Of a stretch of 64,000 nt of DNA, positions 1-13,099 are shown in pieces. The stretch's first letter is position 1. Each line of letters starts with the position of its first letter. The translations under genes and the position numbers were made by a program. Under the pieces are notes generated by a model. That model saw only the letters and a list, made by a program, of their open reading frames with translations, searched no databases and was not told where the DNA came from. Origin of the DNA: Tubiluchus corallicola (Eukaryota; Animalia; Priapulida); assembly GCA_030141605.1 (NCBI GenBank), contig JAQGDQ010000536.1, positions 85,216 through 149,215 of the forward strand, read 5' to 3'.

Positions 1-75
1 CATGGCGACTTCAGACATGGCATTCCACAAATCGTCAGTCACAGCGTTGTCATACTCGTTATCTTTCAAGTATTT
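1..75 (-). CDS. M1 aminopeptidase coding exon 9 (runs to window edge)
   Basis: Hand translation KYLKDNEYDNAVTDDLWNAMSEVAM after acceptor tttgccag matches the YL...Y.NA...DLW segment. The 3' boundary is not certain. Confidence 0.88.
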
Positions 76-384
76 CTGGCAAATATACAACAAGTTCTAA
101 CATGTCAACTAATATAATTTCTGGAACATTAGGTAACAGTATCCTTAAACTTACTTTTTCGCTTGATCGCTTACTGGTAAGCTTCGTTAGTTTGTTTTTG
201 TCAATTTTTAAGCCTTGATGTCTGCATTGCTCCATTCTTTTCTTCCTGCGTTTCTTTCTTTTGTTTTCCTATCTTTCTTTTACCATTCATTCATTCCTTC
301 ATTCGGTCGTTATTTCGTTCATTCATTCATCCTTTCTTTTTTCCCTTCTTCTTTTTTCTTTTTTCTTTTTTCTTTCTTTCTTTC

Positions 385-700
385 TCTCTCTCTCATTCAT
401 TCATTCATTCATTAATTCGTTTGTTCGTTCGTTCGTTCGTTCGTTCGTTCGTTCGTTCGTTCGTTCGTTCGTTCGTTCGTTCGTTCGTTCGTTCGTTCGT
501 TCGTTAATTCATTCATTCATTCATTCATTCATTCATTCATTCATTCATTCATTCATTCATTCATTCATTCATTCATTCATTCATTCATTCATTCATTCAT
601 TCATTCATTCATTCATTCATTCATTCATTCATTCATTCATTCTTATTTTCTTTCTTCCTTTCTCTCTCTCTCTCATTCATTCATTCATTCATTCATTTAT
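385..700. repeat. (TTCA)n/(TTCG)n microsatellite
   Basis: Direct inspection. Confidence 0.95.
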
Positions 701-993
701 CCATTCTTTTTTCTTTTTTCGTGTCCTTCCAGCTTTCCTCTTTTTTCTTTCTCTCTGTCTTCGTTTCCTCCTCTAATATTGTTTTAATTTTGCTCCCAAT
801 TCGTTCACTATTACATTCGTACACTCACTCGTTCCGCTCAAATAAGTGAACCCGATTTGTTTGATTTCCTTCATTTACGAGGCTGTGAAATTTATATGAA
901 TAAAAATCGAGTAACTTAGCAGTTTTGTTTTCTAGTTTTACTAAAGCTTTATCTGTTACAAACTAACAACATGGCTGAACTGCATAAACTTAC

Positions 994-1059
994 TTTTAAT
1001 CCAGACTTGAAAACTTTGGAACCAAGAAAATAACTCATCATGCGGACGATAGAGGCGCC
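994..1059 (-). CDS. M1 aminopeptidase coding exon 8
   Basis: Hand translation GASIVRMMSYFLGSKVFKSGLK. Acceptor tgttag, donor gtaagt. 66 nt. Confidence 0.93.
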
Positions 1060-1110
1060 CTAACAGCAAAAGACAAAATTATTAATGCAAAAATAATAAC
1101 AACAGTAACA

Positions 1111-1815
<705 letters not shown>

Positions 1816-2138
1816 AATGCGCATGCTCGTCAAAAACCCTTTCTTGCATGATATTCCATGTAAAGCTTGCAATTTGTTGATTCACATAGACATTTCTTAC
1901 AATAGCCATGTCCATATTATTACTCAGAGACCCGGATTCATTTTAGTATGGCTTCGATCCGGTCTTTAATCTTCTTGCACTAAACAGGATTAACTGCAGC
2001 TCTGTGCAGAAGACCTTAAAACGCATGCAGTGAATAATCATCTTCATCATCATCATCATCATCATGTTTCTTAATCTTTATCAATAATCTGACAACTCTT
2101 TTATTACATGTTAGTCATCCGTACACAACAGCGCTCAC

Positions 2139-2273
2139 CTTCGAGTAAGAAATGTCATCGAAGATTTCTCCGATTTCTTCTGGGTCGCTAACAGTAGCAA
2201 AAATTGGGTGCGATGTGGTGAGGGAGTCTGTTACCATAGCCCTTTGCATCTCTCTTCTTATCAGCCTCTCATC
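2139..2273 (-). CDS. M1 aminopeptidase coding exon 7 (catalytic Tyr)
   Basis: Hand translation DERLIRREMQRAMVTDSLTTSHPIFATVSDPEEIGEIFDDISYSK (FDxIxYxKG motif). Acceptor caaag, donor AAG|gtgagc. 135 nt. Confidence 0.95.
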
Positions 2274-2952
2274 CTTTGATAAAAACATTACTTTATCATT
2301 TTTAATTACCTATATACAGCTGAATAGTGTATGAATAACTGAGTGGTCACGGGATGCGCTCTGCGACCGAAGTTAATTAATGCTGAGAAAATAAAATAAA
2401 ATTAAATGAAAAGACAAATAAGATAAAAAATATATTGTAATATTCAATTGTAAAAATGATAAATTTCTTTGTTTTTATCATTGCAACAACATAGAATAAA
2501 TAAAATGAATATTTCTTTTTCACCTTTTCTTTGCTCGATGCATTACTTATTAGATTATTCACACTGAATACGTTCACACTCAAGGTACTATTAAACGCTA
2601 ACGTTAAACTAGCTTTGCGTTTTTACCAGTTCACATCTGGAAAATGTCTCTGTTAAGGAAACGTTCATTAAAATGTTACCGCTTTCGGTGACAGTAAGAA
2701 TTTTGCATCTGCAGTGATACTAGCCCGGTCACCGACCCCTATCATTCCAGGAATGCTATTAATTAACTTTATTGTCTACATACATTGGTGCAAGTGAAAG
2801 AACTGCTTCTGCATTTTGATTATAATTTGAGTACGGACTACCGCAATTACTGCAGCAGTCACCGGCTATCAGCTTATAATAGCTTAGTTAACATGCAGCT
2901 AAAATGAACCGTATCAGTGTGGACATGTCAAGCACTCAGAAGGTGTTCTTAC

Positions 2953-3066
2953 CACGCTGCTGGCTGGTTCTGTTTCCTGGATACCGATTTGAGCCAGGTA
3001 AGATGCAAAACCTTCGTTCAGCCATAAATCATCCCACCACACTGGTGTTACCAAATTCCCAAACCA
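2953..3066 (-). CDS. M1 aminopeptidase coding exon 6 (third zinc ligand)
   Basis: Hand translation [38 protein letters not shown] completes HExxH(x)18E. Acceptor tgttag, donor gtaaga. 114 nt, phase 0 to 0. Not in the ORF track. Confidence 0.95.
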
Positions 3067-3129
3067 CTAACAATTAAAATAAGCTGTTTAAAAATTAGTT
3101 AATACATAAACATACATTTGATAAAAAAT

Positions 3130-3294
3130 CTATGTCTATGTCTGTGTCTGTGTCTGTGACTGTGTCTGTGTCTGTGTCTGTGACTGTGTCTGTGTCTGTG
3201 TCTGTGTCTGTGACTGTGACTGTGACTGTGACTGTGACTGTGACTGTGACTGTGACTGTGACTGTGTCTGTGTCTGTGTCTGTGTGTATGTGTT

Positions 3295-3389
<95 letters not shown>

Positions 3390-3410
3390 CCTATGCCTAT
3401 GCCTATATAC
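3130..3410. repeat. Compound hexamer and (TA)n microsatellite
   Basis: TGTGTC, TGTGAC and TGTATG units. Confidence 0.95.
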
Positions 3411-5335
3411 ATTCTCTGCGCATGCGACTCTATTTGATGGGTATTAATATTACTATATTTCATTAAAAAATATCAAAAACTGACTACACTCTGTAAAACT
3501 GTATGAAATGACCTTTATTGATCAAAATAAATGGTTTAGATGGAAAATATAAATCAATAATTATGTTCACGTAGCTTTCAGGTATATTACTGTGTGCTAT
3601 AATAAATTAGCTTTGCACTTCAAAACAGATCTAGTACACATAAACTACATCACAGCTTTTACACTTAGCACTTGTTTTGATTATTTTCATTTTCCGTCTA
3701 TTTGCATAAGTAAACACTGGTGGCGCCTTGCAAAATGTTTCTGGGGATAACCAAAACGCCAGTAAGGATCAGAGAGAGAGAGAGTCGAGTAACTACGATC
3801 TTTTTATGGAAGGGGGCCCACTCCTCGTGCCTATTTAAAACACAGTTTACATTTTTACCAAATATTTACACAAAGAGTTCTGTGAATGTTACGAAAATGG
3901 CGAAAGCATCTACAAAAAAAGATTTTTTATCTTCATGGTTGCAAAATTATATCGTGGAACTTTCAATACTTCCAATTAGTCAAGTTATAAAAACGACAAA
4001 AATTTTTGTGTTTGTGCGCATGCTTGACTGTCCCATCCATTGTCGTACTGTCCTGGTTTAGATTTCAGACTGCAATCACGCAGCCGTGAGTTCGAAACTA
4101 GTAGCTGCCAATACTCTACATGTTATTTGTGTGTTGCGTCCTTACCAGTGTTGTTGCCAGTGTAAGTTGCTAATAAGCCTTTAGTGCTATATAATATCAG
4201 ATATATACTATATATAATATTAATATCGTCAGCATATATCTTTAATGACGATATTATACTATATGTTGTCTGTTAAACGAGTGACGGTAAATAAGTCTTG
4301 TCTCTGTCTTTGTCTTTGTCACATTTTAACGCATATCTCATATTATTGCGCTACCCAGTATTATGATAATAATATAAATATATAATACTAATATATACAA
4401 TAATACAATACAATACAAATATTAAATACAATAAATATATAATGAAATGAAACATTTATAATGAAACATTTAACACTGCTTTGTGGAAGCATAATTAAAT
4501 GTACTCATTAATTATAATAATTAAGTTAATTATAATTATACTCTTCCACAAACGTTATGACTTGAAACTACGCAATCTAGTAAATTTCCTCACATCAAAC
4601 GAAGTAAAAATTTAACAACGATGACGTATGCAATAGAGCAACATTCACTTCACACAACTAACAATAACAATGTGGTAAAAACATACGGTTACGGCAACGT
4701 TCATGCGGCAGGGCAGCAATGTCCTCGTACTTACAAACACAATATCATAGGCAACATGTTAAAGCTGTACAAAATAACATTACACTTATGAAATCAATAC
4801 CAATTAAGGTTTACCACACTGCAGCAACCACGCACCCGTGGACACACGATAAGACAACATGTTAATGCTGTTAAAAATACAACAGTGTGAATGAACTTAC
4901 TATGTCAATTGCAGCTACGACATTGACAAAATGCACTGATGCAAAACTATAGATAACGTATTTGTTTATAATATATATAAAAAGTATAACGTTACACTTA
5001 CCTAAGTGCCTTGCAATTGAAATTGTCATATAAAGTATACATTGTCATATATATATATATATATATATATATAATTGACCTAATCAAGCAATGATCTAAC
5101 CCAACCTAATTTAACTTAAGGGAAAGCACAATTAGCTTTTGAACTCACAAAAATTCGACAGGGAAATTGTAAAAAACTTGTCTATAGAGCGTAAAATTAA
5201 TTTATACTACTGCAGTATAGAAATCTTCGGTGGCGGTGGCAACCGACTATGAACGACGTCATTGATGGAAAGATGGGCGTTTAAAATGTGAGCAAGCAAA
5301 TATGAAATGGTCGAGACTTTAAAGTGATTTTACTA

Positions 5336-6115
5336 ACTAATCTAATCTAATCTAATCTAATCTAATCTAATCTAATCTAATCTAATCTAATCTAATCTAA
5401 TCTAATCTAATCTAATCTAATCTAATCTAATCTAATCTAATCTAATCTAATCTAATCTAATCTAATCTAATCTAATCTAATCTAATCTAATCTAATCTAA
5501 TCTAATCTAATCTAATCTAATCTAATCTAATCTAATCTAATCTAATCTAATCTAATCTAATCTAATCTAATCTAATCTAATCTAATCTAATCTAATCTAA
5601 TCTAATCTAATCTAATCTAATCTAATCTAATCTAATCTAATCTAATCTAATCTAATCTAATCTAATCTAATCTAATCTAATCTAATCTAATCTAATCTAA
5701 TCTAATCTAATCTAATCTAATCTAATCTAATCTAATCTAATCTAATCTAATCTAATCTCATCTCTTCTCGCGTAACTTAACCTAACCTAACCTAACCTAA
5801 CCGAATCGAATCGAATCGAATCTAACCTCACCTCACCTCACCTCACCTCACCTCACCCCACCCCATCCCATCCCATCCCACCTCATCTAATCGAATCGAA
5901 TCTAGTCTAGTCTAGTCTAGTCTAGTCTAGTCTCGCCTCGTCTCGTCTCGTCTCGTCTCGTCTCGTCTCGCCTCGCCTCGCCTCGCCTCGCCTCACCTCA
6001 CCTAATCGAATCGAATCGAATCGAATCGAATCGAATCTGATCCGATCCGATCCAATCCAACCCAACCCAACCCAATCCAATCCAATATAATCTAATCTAA
6101 TCTAATCTAATCTAA
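5336..6115. repeat. (TCTAA)n plus a series of variant pentamers
   Basis: Direct inspection. Confidence 0.95.
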
Positions 6116-6899
6116 TTGTCGCGGATTATCAGTATCTTGGTGCAGAAAAGGTTGACCTAATCTGGTCAACCGGTAACAGAAAACAGTAAAATTAGAAGCC
6201 AACGCGAGCTTCGCATTTATTTATTTTTATCTGAAATCAACAATTCTAGGCGCCGTAAAAATCGCCTCAAATTGCATTCTCGGGAGAAACCAAATCTGTC
6301 CGCCAGGTGGCCGTACATTCCTTTCAGGAGCAATCCAACACCCACGGCCAGAAAATTTACGAAAACAAACACGAACACCAGTTGTACTGCCTCGCGAGAC
6401 AAATAACGTAAATAAGGCTTTCACACGATAATTACTCGGCTGCCTTGTCCCTAATTGGACCAATCAGACATAATCTTGAGTTAGACGAGAGCTTGAGAAA
6501 GACTCAGCGAAATTAGAAAGATTTCAGGAAATACTGAAATATCACAGAATAGATTAGAATAGAATAGAATAGAATAGAATAGAATAGAATAGAATAGAAT
6601 AGAATAGAATAGAATAGAATAGAATAGAATAGAATAGAAAATAAGAAAATGATAGAATAGAAAATAAGAAAATGATAGGATAGGATAGGATAGGATAGGA
6701 TAGGATAGGATAGGATAGGATAGGATGTCTGAGTTAAAACGCTGTACGCTAGCGTCTGCTGCTAGGTAGCAAAGTACTGTCTCCATTACAGTAACAATTG
6801 TCACGTGCTTACCGTGTACCGTCATATTCTTGGATGTGATAAAGTGCAAACTTGGCGTGTGCGCTTAAAACATAAATTATTAATAATGGACGCCTTGCA

Positions 6900-7132
6900 T
6901 CCCCAATAAGTAAGTTCGGTGAGTATAAATGAACTACAAAAGCTTAATTTTTCACAGCTGTCTCTCCGCGAGAAAGTTGTAGTTAAGAAATCAGGCCGTG
7001 CAACACCTGATCTTCAAATATAACTACAACGTTAAAATTACGTTTGTTTGTTACGTTTTACACGGTATTGAAACAATGACACAGTTTTTTTGAAACAAAA
7101 CCCCCAGTAATTTTAACTATGAGCCGCCACTG
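6900..7132 (+). mobile_element. hAT-type transposon remnant
   Basis: Terminal GAGCCGCCACTG (CAGTGGCGG-type TIR). The internal frame LQKLNFSQLSLREKVVVKKSGRATPDLQI resembles the N-terminus of ZMYM1-like hAT transposases (from memory). Confidence 0.45.
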
Positions 7133-7522
7133 ACCTTGGATATCAAATTTTTTGACTTGGTTTAGGATAATGCTGAAGAAGCAATGTACTGAAACATGCT
7201 AAAAATAATACTGGCGTAATATCACTTCGGATAGTAGATCAGTACTTTATAAACATAGGAAAATTGCAACAGCATCATTTTCCCCGAGGTACACAAGAGA
7301 ATTGGTTAGTATTTCATAGGAAACAGATGCAACAGACAATTCTTGCAAAGAGTATCAAGCAACTCAAAGCAAGCGACACCGACACAAGGTTTAAAACAGC
7401 AAGACATTGTTTATTTTGAAAGCTGAACAACATAGTTAACCCCATACTGCCAAATGTAGCGAGTCATAAACCTACCACACATGCGTACGTGCTACTCTAA
7501 CTTGTAGTATAAGTCGAGCACA

Positions 7523-7983
<461 letters not shown>

Positions 7984-8548
7984 CCTTCTTACTCAATTTG
8001 TACTCTAATCTACTACCCAATCTTCATCTATCTTAAATCTCTTAATACTATCTATCTTAATACTGGCTAATTAACTATTCACTTACCTCGAAAATCCACT
8101 AATCGACATGTGATATTCTTAGACATTGTTCTCTTACTGAATTGGCGTTTGCACAAAGAAGCATTTTTGAAAAGCTTCATCCACAATGCAACAGGTTGTT
8201 TTTTAGCCTTTAACCCTTAGGAATTGGCTTACGTTAAGCATTTCAGCTAGAAAGTATTTTAGTATCTAAATACCGGAAATTACGTCATCACGATAATTTT
8301 TTCGCGTGTTTCAGTTAAAGCTGACATCAGTTATTGAGTTTTGGGGAAACTTCAAAATAATTATAATGAATCAGCAAAGATAGAAAATCTGAAGGAATTT
8401 TGTGTAAGCGATGCGGTGCAAAGCACAAATTTCCGGCATTCATGTACAATCTATTATTTAACATTTAAAGCAGGTAAGTTTCAGCCACTAACACAAGTGG
8501 TACCAGCATGCAGCCTTGCGGCACGCCACGTGTACACATTGAACAAAC

Positions 8549-8703
8549 CTGGTGAGCCAGCTCGTGGCAAACTGCTAAAAGTACGTATTCTTGGTTTGCT
8601 AATGATGAGACATCGTTTTCAAAGAGCATTTTAGACTCGCGAAACGTTATGAGTCCCCAGTTCTCCATTGCCGAGAAAGAGACATCGGGAACGGCAACAA
8701 ATT
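8549..8703 (-). CDS. M1 aminopeptidase active-site exon 5, variant B (SAMEN / HELAH)
   Basis: Encodes EFVAVPDVSFSAMENWGLITFRESKMLFENDVSSLANQEYVLLAVCHELAHQ. Acceptor atacag, donor CAG|gtttgt. 155 nt, phase 1 to 0, no stops. Confidence 0.93.
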
Positions 8704-8892
8704 CTGTATAGAAAGACTTGAGATGATTACTGATTACTGAATATGCACAGATACAACCTTCAGTGGAATTGTTCAAAGATAATGCACAAGGTGTAATGTA
8801 ACCGTTTGCTAGGGGGACAAAAACAACAAATGACTAAACAGAATAATTTATGATATCAAACTACTGTTGAATCAACTAAGAATCTCCCAAGT

Positions 8893-9105
8893 CCTGTAAG
8901 TATATTGTGGACAGTAAGTATATTCTGTAAGTATATTCTGTAAGTATATTGTGGACATTAAGTATATTCTGTAAGTATATTCTGTAAGTATATTGTGGAC
9001 ATTAAGTATATTCTGTAAATATATTCTGTAAGTATATTCTGTAAGTATGTTCTGTAAGTATATTCTGTAAGTATATTCTGTAAGTATATTCAGTAAGTAT
9101 ATTGT
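8893..9105. repeat. 14-bp minisatellite between exons 5A and 5B
   Basis: (CTGTAAGTATATT) units with variant gtggacattaag inserts. Confidence 0.9.
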
Positions 9106-10427
9106 GCATTTTGCACAGCTTGCAGTCTTGAGGGCTATATATATGTATATATTATCTTTATTCACACATAAAGTTGCGTTACAAGTAATATAATAGGGAA
9201 AGTAGTGCTGCTTACATTAGTATATACATTACCTTGTTAGTAGCGAATACAACATTTCATTAATATCATAAACTATGAAACCTTCAATTACATATTCATT
9301 GTGCAAAATCCAGAATAGAACGTTTGCTGTTATGTCGACAGGTCAGTAATCATAAGCACAGTGGTACAAGTGTGCTCTAATATGGTTTCTGCCTAGAATA
9401 CTTATACTATTACGGTTACTCAACACAGCTAATGAGCAGAGTACTGTATCAACAGATAAATTTATGTTACAAAAGAGCTTTAGAATGAAATACGGAAAAA
9501 TATAACTAGAGGATATGTGTCAGCAAATACAATGTCGTGCTTCAATAGGAAAATTTCTAGTCAAGTTTAAGATTCGTCTCAATCCTTTTCGATATATTTA
9601 GTAAATAACGTTGGCATAAAGTTCTTTGATAAATCATTAATTGAACATCCACAGAAGGAGCAGTTGTAAGCATGAAACAATTTAAGCATTACCCATTTAT
9701 CTGTCACCGACTTAAAGAAACACAAAATAGCATTAACAGACGAAATAAAATCTTTTTTGCATTTTAAATTTTTAGTTTGTGATGACCCACTTCTTCGATC
9801 CAATTTAACACTGTACCATTAGCTGTAATACTAGGTGAGGTTTCTAGCAGGAGTGCCGGACTGAATGGGTTGGAAATTCTCTGAACAAATTGGAGCTGCC
9901 CTGAAAGGCAGAGCTGAAGCTAAGACTATCCAAGAATATCTCACTGGTCAGTATTTAAAAGACAAGCTTGTGGGACGTCTGCAAGATGTGTCGAATGATT
10001 TTCAGTTCAATTCTGATCTCGTCCCGTTTCGTTTCGTTCTGATCATACCTCTAAAGTTTGCAGGCTATCAGAGACACACGAGGATTTCATGCTAAATACC
10101 GAATGCAAGATACATTGATTTTTTTTATACATTGAACAACGCTTTGATGTAATAAATTATTCTGTATTACTTGTTGTTTTTGTACCTCTGTAGCAAAAAG
10201 TTATGTACCACCCTGTACATTATGTACCACCCTGTACATTATGTACCACCCTGCACATGATTATTATATTCGACGCTTCGCTTCCTACGTCCTACGTAAG
10301 CAAAGGACGTAACAGTTACCATCTTCGGAAGGTAACGCCAACTGTTTATTACTTATCCCTCATCTGACACCAATGTCCTGCAAAAAATTGTTAGAAGCAC
10401 AGGGTGGGCGATAAAAAACGCACCAAC

Positions 10428-10582
10428 CTGATGAACTATCTCGTGTGTAACGAGGAAGTTAATGTAGCCTATATCGCTAAGAGCAGGGTTGCTTTCGTCT
10501 AGTGTTAATAAACGTGAATTGCAGATGATCAGTCCCCAGTTCTCCATGCCGTTGAACGCAAACTGTGGAACGCCTACAATAT
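10428..10582 (-). CDS. M1 aminopeptidase active-site exon 5, variant A (NGMEN / HEIVH)
   Basis: Encodes DIVGVPQFAFNGMENWGLIICNSRLLTLDESNPALSDIGYINFLVTHEIVHQ. Acceptor ttgcag, donor CAG|gttggt. 155 nt, phase 1 to 0, no stops. Confidence 0.88.
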
Positions 10583-10764
10583 CTGCAATTTTTACCAATA
10601 GATGAATCAGTTTTTGTTAGCAAACAAACTTTTTAACTGACTCTAGTTGCTTTATGCACCAAGAAACCAGTAATGAATTACTTAATCACTTTGTTATAAA
10701 TAAACTTTCAAATGCATTGTAGGTTGCAAAAGCCCATTAAAATGTTTCCATAAGATTAAAAAAT

Positions 10765-11090
10765 ATCATTAATTAATTATGACTGTGAATGTCAGAATTT
10801 TTTATAAACCATTATGAGTTGAAGAAAAGAGACACTGAAAATTTACGGACTAGTCGGGATTTGAACCCGAGACCTGAGATTAGTACTTCCACGGTCTACA
10901 CCTAAGCTACCAGCCCGGCATGTCAGAGCAGGCCTAAGATTTCCTCCTTGTAGCACACAATCCAACAGCGCCACCTGTACCCATAACACTAGGTGATGCT
11001 TATGATATCAATACTTTGCCAAATTAGCTGGCAACTAACAATATCTTTAATTAACTATGACTGTGACTATCAGAATTTTTATAAACCACT
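10765..11090 (-). mobile_element. Repeat containing a tRNA-like (A/B box) segment; second copy at about 31745-31956 on +
   Basis: Minus strand reads GGTAGCTTAGGTGTAGACCG...GGGTTCAAATCCCGACTAGTCC. The ends are ~45-bp direct repeats. Confidence 0.55.
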
Positions 11091-11289
11091 GCAGTTTGTT
11101 TTACAAAAATTTCCTTTGTAATCGCCCAATTTACTAACTACGACTCAAATGAGATATGCGTGTCAAATTTTGCTACAATACGAACACTTCTTTGAAGTTG
11201 TAAGCTGTAAGGCGATGGTACTTTTTCAATTAAAGCACAAGAAAAAGCTTCGCTTACATAAAGATAAAAAATTCGTCTTGGAATTTTAT

Positions 11290-11800
11290 ATCGCATTCGG
11301 ACTGCCTTTTTGCATGCTGGACTTCAATCGGCAGTAACGCCGCATAAAACATGTAAATTTAAACTCCCGTGATAACCGTTAGACGTGACCACTTTGACGA
11401 CTGGTCATTTAAAACAAGTTTAGAGAACATTGTGTAAAGTATGGAAAAATAATCAGCGCATTCATAGCGCACACGTCACATTTTAAATAATTAAGAATTT
11501 TCTTTTCTAGTTACATAAGTCTTTGCAGCAGATAAGCAAAATGGTAAGTAATAGAGATTTGCATGGAAAATTTTTTTGGTACATAATTTAACATTGCCTT
11601 TTCTTCCTCTGATTTACGTTGTGCGTATGTGACGCCATGTAACAGCGAGGCCGGAACAATGTCGCGGGAAATTTAAAATGAAAACGAAAAAATTCCTTTC
11701 AACGCGAATACGATAAACGCATAAAATTGCTGTAAAGTAGTGTAATTTTTAAGGCGATTTTTCTGAAACCTACTTCAGGTACCCCTGTTCTTGTCCTTTA
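11290..11800. mobile_element. Dispersed repeat family 2 (TTAA-ended DNA transposon derivative)
   Basis: Colinear with about 16860-17448 and 22430-22910 (gtaaatttaaactcccg...ctgaaacctact...cttgtcctttaa). Confidence 0.75.
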
Positions 11801-12551
11801 AATAAAGCTCGTGATCTTGCCACTAATTTTATGAAACCATGGCAGGACAGAGCTGCCGCCATGTCATTTATCTATGTGCATAAATATCAATTTGAAACTA
11901 GCAAACGTTATTAGGATAGATAAAAATAAATTGGCCATTTGCGCCATAATTTTACATTAGATGTCTTTTGCTTATTCACCAGTTTTCTCGACGTTAATTT
12001 TCCTCCAGAGAATTTGTGAATAACGATGTTTACAGAAGCATCTACATGGAAATATTTCTGAAACTCGTACACAAATAATTTCTCATATTTTTATAATGCT
12101 GTTTTTTAATTCAGAGGACCCATGCATACGTCGTTCATCAATTTACTTAATTATTTATTTACGATTTGGTGTTTATATATCGAAAAATGCGTATTAAATA
12201 CCGTACATATTCACGATGTACTTTATCGATTCATAAAATATGCAATATGAAAAAATTCCTTGAAATAAGATTAAAAATAAATTCAAAGGCGAAAGAAATT
12301 TATAATTTAAAAACTTTCCATCTCATATAATAGTTTTTTTAGTTTTTACTAAAATCTTACAAAAAGAAATTTTTTCATATCTTTATCCTTGATCTGTATT
12401 CAGCATTATTAACGCAAATGAACATTTTAACTGTTTCCTTTTTTAAAAATTTTAGTTAGACTCATTTCGCAAAAAATAGTAAAAACATCAAGAACATTTA
12501 CGTAAAAATAATATGGAAGAAAAAATAATATAAAAGAAAAAATTATCTTAC

Positions 12552-12672
12552 CAAGCTTCTTTAACGGAAACCTTATTTGGAAATAGTCTTCGAAGTAAGT
12601 GAGAGTTTGCGTTCCAACTTGGAGGGCGTAGTTTGTCTGTTCAATAGATTCCGGCTTTGACCACACTCTCAC
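12552..12672 (-). CDS. M1 aminopeptidase coding exon 4
   Basis: Encodes VRVWSKPESIEQTNYALQVG...YFEDYFQIRFPLKKL. Acceptor aaaag, donor G|gtaaga. 121 nt, phase 0 to 1. Confidence 0.95.
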
Positions 12673-12819
12673 CTTTTACAAATGAACAGTAACATATTCA
12701 AAATCTAAGAGAACAAAACAGAATACGCTTTCCTGCTGTATTATATATAAAATAAGCAGAATTATGTTCTAATTTAAAACTTACACAACAACTAAAAATA
12801 GAAAACTTGCAGTTAATTA

Positions 12820-12900
<81 letters not shown>

Positions 12901-13099
12901 AATGATGATGATGATGATGATGATGATGACGTTGATGATAATGATTAATCGTTAATATTATGCAAAAAGTACAATGAGCCTATTTGCACGAAGAATTGAT
13001 TTACACGACAATTTAAATTTTAAGCAAAATATACAGCAAATACAGGGCTAACAGAAGTTAGAAGTAGTTCGACGAGAAAAATTATGCCCATGTCCCATA

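Noticed and set aside
8549-10582. Two separate tandem aminopeptidase genes
   Set aside because: Every other exon is single-copy and in order; only exon 5 is duplicated.
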